A DNA stretch of 64,000 nucleotides, from positions 121,334,001 through 121,398,000 of the forward strand of contig NC_042998.1 of the NCBI RefSeq assembly GCF_006345805.1, given 5' to 3'. Of the stretch, positions 1 to 12,400 are shown piece by piece (positions within the stretch are counted from its first letter, which is position 1; every line of letters starts with the position of its first letter). The position numbers and the translations under genes were made by a program. Below the pieces are notes generated by a model that searched no databases, had not been told where the DNA came from, and saw only the letters and a list, made by a program, of their open reading frames with translations. Source of the DNA: Octopus sinensis. Taxonomy: Eukaryota.

Positions 1-849
1 TAAACCATTCAAGAACACAAATACCGTTAGTTTCACTTCAACATTAAAACTTCATTTGTGTCAAAATATTTTCGTTGCTTTGAAAACCTTTGTGAAAAAC
101 TTCACAAAAATGCAGCATGAAATTTTGTCAGTGAATAGCACACACACACATGCATGTGCACATGTATTGGTGTGTGTGTGTGTACATATCACTGTTGAAG
201 TTATGTTTGGAAACTGTGAATAAGTGCAAGTTTTGAGTACTTGTCGGCAACTTTGTTTTTTTTCTCGTCTTCTAATAGTAATTACCCAACTTTCTAGGCT
301 CTTTTCACAAATTATACATTCGAAATTATACAGGTATTTAAAAAATTTCCATTCAATAAATGTTTTTACATTATATATACATTAATAGCAAATTGAAATT
401 TAAAAGAGAAAGTGAGAGACTTTGCAAATGAAAATGGAACATCCCGCAATGAATATTTAAATTTGTGAGAAATTGGAGTTTAAAAAATTCAATAAACTTG
501 AGAAATCGAAATTTCTTAGAACATGAATTTATAAAAATATTTCCAGACGGTCAACCCTTTAATAATTGCTTTCTTTTAGTACTTTTGGTAATTGTTACAT
601 ACCTAATTAATAAGCAAACTACTGCCTAGAAGTTCCTTTTCAGATTCTGAGAGTTTAGATTTCCATATCATGCTGAGACTTTTTTAAGTACTACACAAAC
701 TTTGCTGATATACAGCCTAACATCTGCCGGTATAGATTCAAAGAATTTACTGGTATTATTGAGATCCTAGAACAATGAGGTAATTGCATCTTAAAAGTAC
801 ATCAGTTGTAACTGATAAATTACATCTTTCTAAATGTTAACAAATCTTC

Positions 850-2730
850 CAAACTGTGAAGTGTGGAAGACATAGTCAAGACAACAATTTCTCAGGAGCT
901 CCTTCTGATCATCAAATCATGTCCATTAAAGTTTGTCTTAAGTCTATATGCCAACATGCTCATTATCAACAGCAATTTATACATTGACCAACAAAGAGGA
1001 TATACACCAGTGGTTCTCAACCCTTTTATTTAAATGAGTTTTCCCACAGACCCCTTTTAATATGCTTATCCTTGTGTGTGTGTGTGTGTGTGTGTGTGCA
1101 TACATATGAAATTTCGAATTTACTTCACAGACCCCCCAGTATTACCTTTGCAGACTACCAGGAGTCCGCAGACACCAGTTGGGAACCACTGATATACACG
1201 ATCAATACATCATTAAAGTCAGTCGCAGATCTGAGACACTTGAAACAGAAAATGGAATCAACTCTGCTAAAATTACTACCTATGATAATTTTGTTATGCT
1301 ACACCATACTACATCTACATGACGCATTCCTCTCACACCAAAGATCAAGAAGAGCATCTTGTATAGTCACTGACAAATATGAAAATATCAAGGAAACAGC
1401 CCATCTCAAGAACATGAACCTCTCAGAAAGAACCTACAGTAAACTTGAAAAAACATGGAAAGAACTCACTGATACATATAAACTGGAGCATCTCATTACA
1501 CACATTTTTAGCATAGAAAAAAATGCTCCTGAAATCAGTAGCTGTAAAAAGACAAATAAGGCTAAGTTAAAAGCCTCAGGCCAACATGATCACCTTAACC
1601 AAGAGCAGGACATTTCTTAGTATATAGAAAATCTTCTTGGAAAACATCAACTCGCTATCGATAAGTCTGTAGAAACTATCATAAACTAGAAGCTGAATAT
1701 CAAAGTGAGTAACTTCACAGAGTTGTAATAATAGATGTTTATAGTAATTAAAATAAGGAAGAGTATCCAACAGTAAAAGATGTATGACCCAATAAGTAAT
1801 ATGTAAATAATCAAACTTGTTGAATTAGCAAGCATTGCTATCCTGTGACAATCTAAAAGGTACAGAAAATGTTTCCATATAATAGGAAACCATTTGCTTA
1901 GGATCTAAACTATGTGCTACCTCATTTAGAACTGATTTTAAATAGTTTTAATACATAGTGGTACTACGAGAAGAGTTAGCAGTGTCTATTGTTGTTAGAA
2001 CTTATTTTGTGAAGTCTTTTGTCTTTTACCATTTCTTCCAAATTTGTTCTAAGAACCTTCAACTGTTCACATTTGAGCTTTATCTGACTTGTCTTCAGTT
2101 GGAAGCTATTTGTCACAACACATGCAAAAGTGGTTCGATTACCCACACTCATACTCATGTTACATTAATATGTTCACTGTCACCTGTAACCATGTTCACA
2201 CTTATGCAGCTGTTACCACTAAGGACACTTCCTTAACCTTCAGCAGGATTGTCATGCACATACCACCTAGACACATGTCAAATCTGCATTACCATTATGA
2301 CAAAGACCTTGGAAACATTCTTAAATAGGGACAAAATCTTTACTTCAAAAGCATACAGATACTGCACATGTTAGGGAGACAATCTTCTTTAGCTTCTGAA
2401 GTTCTGACAACACAAAACCCCCTCAAAGTCACTACAAATGCCAGGCCTCACAATGACTGATATTCATAAAAGCAAAAACTGCTGATATTAATATCCTAGA
2501 GAGATTCAAAACAAGTTAGCTAGAAAGCTCTCACTCACCAACACACTTCCTCTAGTCTACATGTCTACTCCCTTTGCCTTGCATTCTACACAAGTAGCTG
2601 CTCCTTACAACTAGCTAGCAGCATACCATCACCTAATACTCCTCTTGAAACAGCATTTCCTCTCCAAAGCCCTGCAATAGTGATAATGTTCGATCCTTCC
2701 TCTCAAGAAGGTCAATCCTCTGAAATTTGT
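850..2730 (+). mobile_element. Highly degenerate Penelope-like retroelement remnant (tentative)
   Basis: Broken coding-like stretch. Around 2260-2550 there are fragments resembling the GIY-YIG region (TCQIC; HVRET resembling YVGET). A decayed hammerhead-like motif lies at ~2700-2730. Many stops; boundaries approximate. Confidence 0.35.
1008..1191. mobile_element. hAT (Charlie-type) MITE
   Basis: Termini CAGTGGTTCTCAAC...GTTGGGAACCACTG, flanked by an exact 8-bp TSD ATATACAC (1000-1007 and 1192-1199). An 8-bp TSD is diagnostic of hAT. Confidence 0.85.
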
Positions 2731-4829
2731 ATGTTTTTCCTGCAGACATTACTTGAAGCCGTTCAAAGTGAACATCATCTGCAACAATTTAATCAGTCTT
2801 ACAGGGTAATCAAAGGTTATAGGCATCACCCCCTTCTTCCTGACTAAAGCCATAAAAATGTGTAACAAATGAAGGATAATAAAAATGCACGATTTCTTAT
2901 AAAAAGAGTTGAAATAGAAGAGGGAGAACAGCTGACAGTACTTTAATGTAATGGCTGATATACAATAGTTCAACACAAAAAAAGTGAAAATATACAAAGA
3001 AACAAAAATGCATGAAAAACAGAAGGCTTGGGATATCCAACATCTGTGACATTAGTCACTTTAGTTTGAAATATTGTGATGAAGGTTAAAAGATTTTACA
3101 AAAAAAAAAGAATTCTACAAAGAAACACTTTGATAATCAAATGACAAGTTATTGGTTTTTATCAGTCTTTTGTGAGTATAGCAAAGTATACATAGTATAA
3201 ATAACCTCAAGTTAATATACCAGTCAAATGGTAGAGGATAGCTGTTTTGCTTTTAGGCCAGGTCCAACTGAACTGACCTTTGATCAAAAGTGCTCCAATC
3301 ATGACAACATCATCCTCCTCTAGATACAATATCAAAGATTACATTATTTAATGTATCCCTTTCAATTTGGAATAAGTATGGTGTAATTTAAGGGAGATTT
3401 GACTGCCATTTTTAGCAACAACAACAATATAGATGTTTCCTCATAGGCTTGTGGCACATATTGATAAAATGAATAGTAGTCTTCTCAGAGCAAATTGCTG
3501 TGCAGATAAGAAGCCTGCTTTGAAACCATGTGGTAATAGGCTGCTTGGATGCTTATCGTGTCTTTTTTTTCGTGTGTATGTGTGTGCACGTGCATATGTG
3601 TTTGTGTCATTTTGTCCTGACTGTGCTAATTGTAAACATCACTGTCAAACAAATGGTGCCATTCATCTGCAATCTTCTGTGACGATATGTCAGGCCATTG
3701 TACTGTTGTGTTTAAAGGACAAATAGAAGTATTACCTTACTTGGAAATAGGTAAAGATCAGCCAATGGGAACATGTTAGGCAGTAAATTCTGCCCCAACA
3801 AATTTCATTTGACCCATGCAAACATCGAAATGTATATCTTAAAACAATGAGATAATTGGAATATTCGACATGATCCAAGCTAATAAATACATTTCAACAT
3901 TAGGTAAACAATATACTTATATAAGATATTTATTATATAAATCAATTGACATCATGACCAACTCCAACTGAATTGGTTGCAGTACAAATGACATTTAATA
4001 AGATTCATTGAAACTTAGGCTAAAGATAAACTTTTAAACCAAACTAGTGTCTTACATAACTAACCTGGCTGCATAACTTTTTTTCTTCACTATTTGACTT
4101 ACGACCATCTTTTCTTATCTTTTTCTTGTCCCATGACATACCTATTTACCTTCCATGTCACTTGTTTTGTACTTAGGTGCACATATGATATTGTTTGTGT
4201 ATGATTGAAGTTACATCTCAAAGTAAGTAGCTCCTCCTGTATTTATATATATGGATGGTTTGATACATGTACATTAACTCTCAAGCCTATATTTGTTGTC
4301 ATTTTTCCAACTCATAACCTTGTTTCTGTTCTTCATTTATGTCTCTCCGCACCCCTTATGCTGGACTTCTAACCCTACTTAGGAGGAACACCCATGAACT
4401 CTCTAATACAGATGGTATCATGGCCAGCCATAATACATGGTTTGAGCTGTTTTGAATTAGTGTTATGGGCTCATAGATGCCACACAAAAAGCACCTAAGC
4501 CAGTGCTGCATAAAAGCACTTAGTACAATCTGTAAAGTGGTTGGTGTTAAGAAGGGCATCCAGCTATGGAAACCACGCCAACATGGAAAACATGTTAAAT
4601 GATGATGGAAAGAGAGAGAGGATATATACAATCAGTGACCAGGTTTAGCATCATCATCTGGTGTTGGGGTGCTTTTAGTAGAATACATGGTCACAATCAT
4701 TTGAGCCAGATCTCTGGTCTAAGGAAAACTTCTGCCCTTCCCACCACCAGAATCTAAAAATGCTTGTGTGCTGTCTTTCATCTTATAACTAAACTATAAA
4801 AAGTTTATAAATATAATAATAATTTTAAA

Positions 4830-5000
4830 TTTTGGCACAAGAAGGGGGTTAATCATATTGACCATAGTGCTGAACTGGTACATATTTTATAAACCCCAGG
4901 ATGAAAGGCAAAGTTAATTTTGGTGAAATTTGAGTTCAGAATTTCAAGAGCCACAAGAAATTTCACTAAGCATTTTGTTCAACATGCTAATAATTCTGCT
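4830..5000 (-). mobile_element. Degenerate tRNA-derived SINE (Nin/Deu-like central domain)
   Basis: Contains CTGGTAC..TTTTAT..ACCCC..GGATGAAAGGCAAAGT..ATTTGAGTTCAGA. A weaker related fragment lies near 53330-53460. Confidence 0.5.
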
Positions 5001-8000
5001 AGTAGTTCAACACGTTTCGGGGGGGGGGGGGGGCACATTTTTTCTCCAGTAGGGGGAAAAAAATTTTGCATGTGTGTACATACTTCTCCATTTATGAATA
5101 ATTAATTCCATTCTATGACCTTTAACACCTCAAATAATTGATTACCCTAAGCTAATCTACTACATGTAATGACATTTCTGTACAATACAACACCATACTA
5201 TTAGCCACAAAACAATCCTATTTTAAATATAGCTTTAGTTCCATAATCTTTGATCAACTATTCCAAATTCTTGACTTTGTAGTTGCCAAAGTATCAGATT
5301 CTGACAAGACCATATCAAAAGCTCATAATGATCAGTCCTAACCAACACAAACAGCCAATTTCCCCATGTAACAGTTGTTTCATGCATGGACAACTAGAGA
5401 GTCAGTTATAATAAAATTCCAATTGTAAAATAGATTTTTCTTATTGACTAAATCAACTGACAGTAGCCCACATATCTAAAAGCATTACCAAAATATGTAT
5501 TCTTGCTGCAGTGATGGATATTGCATTAGCCTCACTCTAGCTACTACCTGTTGATTTATTTAGTAAATACAAATTTAGATTAGTCCTACTTATTTCAAGA
5601 CTCCTGAGCCTATATATACACCTGCTGCCATTCATACTTATTTTGCTACATCTGCATTATTGTCTACTAGTTCCCACCTCATGCTGAAGTCACTCATCCA
5701 TTTTTCATCTCTTGCAAGCAAAATCTGTATCTATGATGCTTCTTATTCTTAGTTCAAAGCAGTTAAGATTACATCAATTCCTTCGGCATTCCATTTCTTG
5801 CTAAACACATTTGGTACATACATATGCCCCATATTGCTAACCTTTTATATAGGTTCATTTTTTATTAAACCTTTTCTGCTGTACTGAATCAATATAGCAA
5901 ATTACAAAGATGTTTAATTTGTCAGCTAAAAAGATAACAGGTAATTAAAGTAGATGTACTTACTCAAAACTTTGTGCCTAATTATTAATCTTTTTATACA
6001 AAAGACTGCGGGGATGGGGTCGATACACTTTTAATATGATGGTATTTTAAATAGAGAGGAGTTAAGTTCAATCTATTTTTCAAATAATCTCCAAAATATG
6101 TTTCTGAAGTGTTACATTTAATGTAGAACAAAGGCGCGCGAGTAGAGTTAAAAGAATTAAAACAAGAAACAATACATAAAATTTCCCACCAGATTGCCCA
6201 ATGTCTAACAGACAAATCAAGTATTAGAGACAGAACCTTCAACACCCACGGAAACCTCCAAGTTTTATTAGTTTTTATGTCAAATCTCTGAATGTAGTCA
6301 AATATTTTATAAGATTCGTTTACACACACACATATTTGAAACATCTGTGAAGGATGCTTGTCAATTTTTAATTAATAAATAATAATTTATTAATTACATC
6401 TCTATTTTCTTATCTTATTATAATAAATATATATAAATCACGGTTTATATAGTTACCTTGCAGTTGAGTATTAACTGTAATATTCAACATTCTTTGTATA
6501 GGCAACTAATCAGTATTTTAATAGGATTTTGCTATCCCTGAATGAGGTTTGTAACCTTTATTTGTACTTATATATATATAGTAGAGATTTTTTACCAACA
6601 TAATGTAGCAGTCCTGATTAGGAAGAATGTAACTTATTTAGCCCCAGGAAATATCGTCTCCAGCTGGAGAGAAAACATTTACTTGCTAACATTGTCAGGG
6701 AGCGGATGCAGTTGAGCTCAATAACAAATATCTGTTGAATTCTTTCTACGCTAGACCTACAAACAGTTTTATTGGAGCAATGAAAAATACTCTTTCGCTG
6801 TTTCGATACTGCGGAACTGATGTTCTCGTGTTACTTGACTAAATTTCAAGTGTTCCTCTTAAACATACACGATAAATCGGGGGGGGGGGGGGAAAAACCA
6901 TGAACTGTTCTTTCCAGCATGTGAAAAGTTAACGCTCAAATGAGGAGTAAAGTGCATTAGTAACTCCATCCAAAAGAATTAAGAAGGGGAGCAGGTAGAG
7001 AAATCTTGATATATATGAAAAGAACTGCAGAGGAGGAATAGAACACAAGAAAATATTTATTACGAAAATAGGTTCCTAGAGTCGAAATAAATGTGTCAAA
7101 TGGCAATGTAGCTACTTGTGCAATGATAATAGTATCGTATAAATTCACGGTATCCTTAGAGATATATCTCAGAAAATTTCTGACATTGTAGGCTATTGTA
7201 AATGATAAAACAGGGATTCTTACATATTCAAACAATAGGACTGGATATGGTCCTAGATTTGTATAAGAGAGACCGGTTAGCTTGGAATTTTAGTGATTGG
7301 GTGTTAACTGTAAGAAATGAATTTTCTAAGTAACTACATGGAGGGAGACACTAAAAGAAAACAGGACGAATACAACTGATTTTAAAGTTTGATTCATTGA
7401 ATCTACAAAAACTAAAACTTGGCTACAAGTTTTAACAAAAAGTCTGCTCAAGTGACGTTCTTAACAAAACACAACGGATGGCAAAGAGATATCTCCTGGT
7501 AAAGGATTCCCTGTTGCAACGTGGACATTCAACATTCTAAGATAATAAAATTCGAAAAAGAGATGGGTAGCCCAATCTAGCTGATGGGCTGATGATTTCT
7601 AACGCAACTCTACACATTTTGAAGGAGAGATGTACTTTAAGCGATCGGTATATAACTTGTACTTATTTTCTCCACTCAAAAGGGCTATTAATAAAAACAG
7701 GTAGATCGAGAATGTAAACTTAAGAATATATAGAGAAAACAAAATTAGAATATACTAATTACTAAATGACAAGAAAACCAAGGCGAATTAGGAGAGTTTT
7801 CTTTTAAATATCCAACATATAGAGTTGGTGGACACGCATATGTCCAATTCCGTTAACTAGGAAATGGAACTCACATATTCGTAGTAAATTGATGTAAATT
7901 TAATATCAAGATTACAGGTCGCTAATTACACAGAAGTATTCATCTAAAGAATTCTAGAGAAACGTTTTCAAAGTTACTACACATCACTTACAATTTCATC

Positions 8001-8780
8001 CCCAAAATATGAATAGGGACATATGGAACACTCCTCAGAAGTGTATATACTTCTAAACGGAGCCTAAATATCCTTCACGAAGCGGGGGTGATTCGTTGGC
8101 AATGTAAAAGTGATGGGCGGTGAATATTGATAAGAAGAATTATCATCATCACTATCAGACGTATACAAGTCAACGAGGAAGCTCCTAAGTGGTCACAAAA
8201 CCTGCTAGAAATGGCAGCCATATCTCCCTCCAATTGAATCCTTATCACCATGAGAAAGGGACCAACTGGATAATGTGACGTATGGAAGGACGGGATACTC
8301 ATAACTCGCTTGCTTTTCATTATATGTTTGCTCACTTGGACTGATTTGGGATTAAACAATAATACAAAACAAACAGTAATGTTTTGGCCAGAATGTGTGT
8401 TATATTAAAACACAAACTACTTATGTAGCTTGCAGCGCGTAAAGATATCAGATTCAAAAGGACAGCTCTAAATGACGGGATTGGAACAGCTTCAAATAGT
8501 TGGTCAAAAACTATGACGGTAACAACTGTTGTATTAACTCATTAACAAGGAGAACTAAAGTGACACATCACAATGTAAATATGTTCAAAATTGGAAAATG
8601 CTAAATCAATGAGGAAGAAGATTAATGTGTAAATACTTATATAATGATTGAGAATATATGATGCAGTAAGTCGTGTTGTAGATGACAGGAAAAAGAAGCT
8701 AAAGTGTGTTAAAGTTGATAGTTGAGGAGGTAAAAGTTGATAAATAACAAGAAAGTGTCATTGAAAGATGCCACACTCAC

Positions 8781-8831
8781 CAGGTCCACCACATCCTCAG
8801 CTTTATCCATTAATTCCTGCTGTCGCGGCAT
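8781..8831 (-). CDS. Probable first coding exon of an unidentified gene divergent from TADA1 (MPRQQELMDKAEDVVDL)
   Basis: ATG in AAC-ATG context gives 17 open codons ending at a consensus donor CTG|GTGAGT. It lies in the CpG-retaining promoter zone 528 bp from the TADA1 ATG. No downstream exon recognised within 1-8780. Confidence 0.6.
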
Positions 8832-9308
8832 GTTGAGGATAAAACTGTAGCGGTCCTGACAGCCAGATAGAGGTTGAGTTATATGACAGACCTCTCTACA
8901 GTTGTGACAGTAGTATGAGAAAGAAAGATGAAGTGGAGAGGAGGGTGTAGTCAGCAGTAATTGAGAGTAGCTGGAGAGGTTTCATAAAGCCACGTCTTCC
9001 AGCATGGATGACAACAGGAAATTATACCTATTTATTTCCCCTTCAACAACCCGGCAACTTTAACAAGTAGCTCAGTTTAATGAACTGTATATCTTTTCAT
9101 CTTCCTAACCACATACATTTTATCTTCTTAACTACATATTAAAATTAAAATATTTTGGTGTCATTTCTAAATTGTAATTCATTTTTCTTATTGTTGTTTT
9201 ACTAAAATATAGTGATGTGTCAGTGGGAGTAAGATGTAATCCTAGAATAGCATGCCACGTCTTCTGTATACAGAGCCTCGTTTTAATATAATATAATGTC
9301 GACTACTA

Positions 9309-9330
9309 TGACGTCACTAAACCGGAAGTG
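9309..9330 (+). promoter_or_regulatory. CRE (TGACGTCA) plus ETS (ACCGGAAGTG) sites in a putative bidirectional promoter
   Basis: Perfect TGACGTCA at 9309-9316 and ACCGGAAGTG at 9321-9330, 30 bp upstream of the TADA1 ATG. GCCACGTCTTC also occurs twice (~8989 and ~9254). Confidence 0.65.
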
Positions 9331-9359
9331 TAGACAACCAGAGTAAAGAAGACAGCAGA

Positions 9360-9430
9360 ATGGCAGTTCCTATTAATCTCAATGCAATTAAGAAAGATTT
9401 AACAGAAGCTTTAGGTGATAGTATTAACGC
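9360..9430 (+). CDS. TADA1: TADA1 exon 1
   Basis: MAVPINLNAIKKDLTEALGDSIN, donor GTAAGT. Confidence 0.92.
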
Positions 9431-12400
9431 GTAAGTATTACAGTTTTTTTATGTATTGATGTAATATCTTAGCAAAGATTTTAGGATATATTTTGTAAGG
9501 TGGTTGTTGTCAAGTATTGCAAACTGCATTAGTTATCATGTGTAGTTCTGATGGCTTATTTACAGATATATATATACATACATACTCCCTCTCAGTTTAT
9601 TGACTTATACAGCTTACATATTTACATGCTAATAACTTTCTATTTATACACTTGTACCCACACACATTATCTCTCTCCTTCCGTGTATCAACTATACCTA
9701 TAAAGTTTGCATACCGATAGTTTTCCCATATATAAAATGATCGATCTAGCGTCAGTTTCGGCGATTTGTATTGCAGTTGTTCAATCAACGAAACTACTTA
9801 TTGAATTATAGTATAACAAGCTAGTATCATTAATGAAAGTTGTACCAGTAATGCAAAACTCATGCAGAATGTGACACAAAGTTAGCTACAGTACAATTCA
9901 TTGAAAGAGCTTCTACACATTTTTCATCCAATTGCATAATTTCGCTGACAGAAAGTGTAGTCCAGTGAAATCAAGCTCCGGACCCTGTGATTGCAAAGTG
10001 AAATTCTTAACCATTCGGTTATATACACTCCCAGAAAAATACATATACGCATATAGAATTCATTTTGTGATACAACAGCATGCTTCAAGTGCCTTAATAC
10101 ATCACTGTATTAACATCCCTCGTTTCATCTCAATTCAATTGATGAGTGCAATTGATAAAGCCGATGAACGAAACCTTAGGTATTAGTGTAATCATTATTT
10201 AGCTTCAGGTCGACCCTAATCAAACTGAACTATGTTGAAAGACCTTCCTGCCAAGAGCATCCTCTCTTGTACATACAGGTCTACTATGTAATGTGATTTG
10301 ACAGTTATTTTCGGAAGTCGAGTAACCGTGTAGAATCTCCTTTGTTACCTCGCATGTAATCCATTTTTTAATATATCACAGACATTGGCATGCACACACG
10401 CATTTTGTGTATGGTTGCTTCAAGGATCGGAAGCAGGAAAGCATTCCGAGTAGTGAAAGATTGAATAATTAGCTTCGAGTGAATAAATAAACTCTACTGT
10501 ATGCTTTTAGTACCCTTTCTTCCGTTTGTGCATCCAAGCGTATATCCGGCCGTCAACTTCAATCGTTGTGTAGATGAATGTAAAACTTAGTACTTATTAT
10601 TTACGTTTTAATAAGTATCCTTCACCTGCTACTATCAATGGTGTAAAAAGTTAAGGTGATCAAAGTTGGTTCGAACTTCATCCCAAATGATGAAAATGCC
10701 CCCTTAGGAGTAGTTTGATAGCAAAACCATTTGTAGGTATAAATCCATATATTCATATTTTCACATTGTATTGATATTCATATATACACAAGCACTGATG
10801 ATGACTCTCAGCTTATTGCTGACATTCTCGATGAGAGCATGACTAACCAATTCTTGTCCCTTGATATTCCTTTAACAGACAACAAACACAGGATTACTGT
10901 GACGTGTTCCCTCTTCTAAGTAATTCTCATCTTTTAGTAAAACACTCAACTTGAGCTAACGAGGAAGCTTCTATGTGGGTCGATTATCTGCTAGAAATAA
11001 TAGCTAAATATCGCTCAAATCTTCTTCCTTCATTTAAAAAAGGGCGAAAGACACTTTTGATAATAAACTCGTAGATGCTCCCAAATAGGCAAGATAGATT
11101 TTCTTTGAATATGAGTCTTTTCGACAAGGGCCACATAAATAGCACCTAGTACACTCTATAAAGTGGTTGGTATTGAGAAGGGTGTCAAACCTTCCAACCC
11201 ATGCCAGCATGGAAAACTGATGTTAAATGATCAAGATGATGGAAAGAAAGTCCTGTCACTTATCAAGATAGGAAAGAAACAAATATTCTTTGGACTTAAT
11301 TGATATATTTAATCAAGATTAATATTTCCCCTCATTGTTGATAATATAATCCCAGTTAGCAAACTGTTGCATATAAAATTCTTCAAGTTTTGATGCAAAG
11401 AAATATTTGTTATCATTTCAAACCTCTTTACAATTAATAAAGTGTTTACCTTTTAAATAATACTGCAATGATCTGAAAAGGTGATAAATGGAGCAAGGTG
11501 AGGCGAGTAAAAAGGATGAAGCAAAACTTCCATTTTTAGTACCATAATGTTTTCCTGAATGATTTGGTCAATATGTGGTTTTATTGTGTAAGAATAATAC
11601 AACAGTCAGTTAGAAGCATTACACGAAAATGGGGGCTTTTCTGTTGGATTTGATTGTAGAGAACCTCACTTTTCATCACTTGTGATGATTTTTATCCAGG
11701 AATGGTCAGTAGCAAATATATTCTATATACTTCTAGTTCATGAAGATGTTTTATGACTGAAGTGTAACTTGAATTGAACTGTTTTGCTAATTCTCATGCA
11801 GTTTGCTTTGTATTTTCCTCAACTACAGTTTTCAGAAGCTCAGTATTGACAGAACTTGGTCAGTCATATTAAAGGGAGTTTGTGAGAGAAAAATTTCCTG
11901 AGGAAAATAGACGAAGCCATCGTTGGCTAGGCCAGATACTTAAAGTTTCATTTCTACAGGCAGAATGAATATTTCTTGTTGCCTCCATTACTGAAGAGCT
12001 CCTTTTAAATCCATACAACATGCAGCGTCTGATATGGATCTGATCTAAACTCATTTGAAAAGAGTAAAATCAATGCAAATTTGAAAAAATTAGAATATAA
12101 AATTTAATGCTTATTTTACCATAAGTATTGAAAAAAGTACCCTCAAAGTGATCAGGTCAAAAATGCAACGGGATTTTTTTTCCAGCCTATTATATATATA
12201 TATACACACACTCACACACACAAATAATCAGTATATGATTCAACTTATTAAACACAGTTCAAAAAATTCATTCATATTTATGTAATGGAGGAGATTAGAT
12301 GTTAGAATGGATTATAGTTTTTATTTTTCATGTTGCTATACAATTTGTCTCATACAAAAAGACTCAGATATTCATAAATAGAAAATCATAATAGTCATAT

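Noticed and set aside
1072-1620. 182-aa ORF as a host gene
   Set aside because: It starts at a TTG in a (TG)n run inside a hAT MITE and continues into probable retroelement debris; there is no splice context or known domain.
2746-2805. Exon-like segment on + (CAG..TLLEAVQSEHHLQQFNQSYR..GTAAT)
   Set aside because: Isolated, has no partner exons, and is antisense to the presumed host intron; likely chance.
6900-7600. Possible R4/Dong-type LINE relic
   Set aside because: Only faint motif resemblance; too degraded to support.
10795-10860. CTGATGA followed by a stem, as a hammerhead
   Set aside because: No GAAA/UH elements in register.
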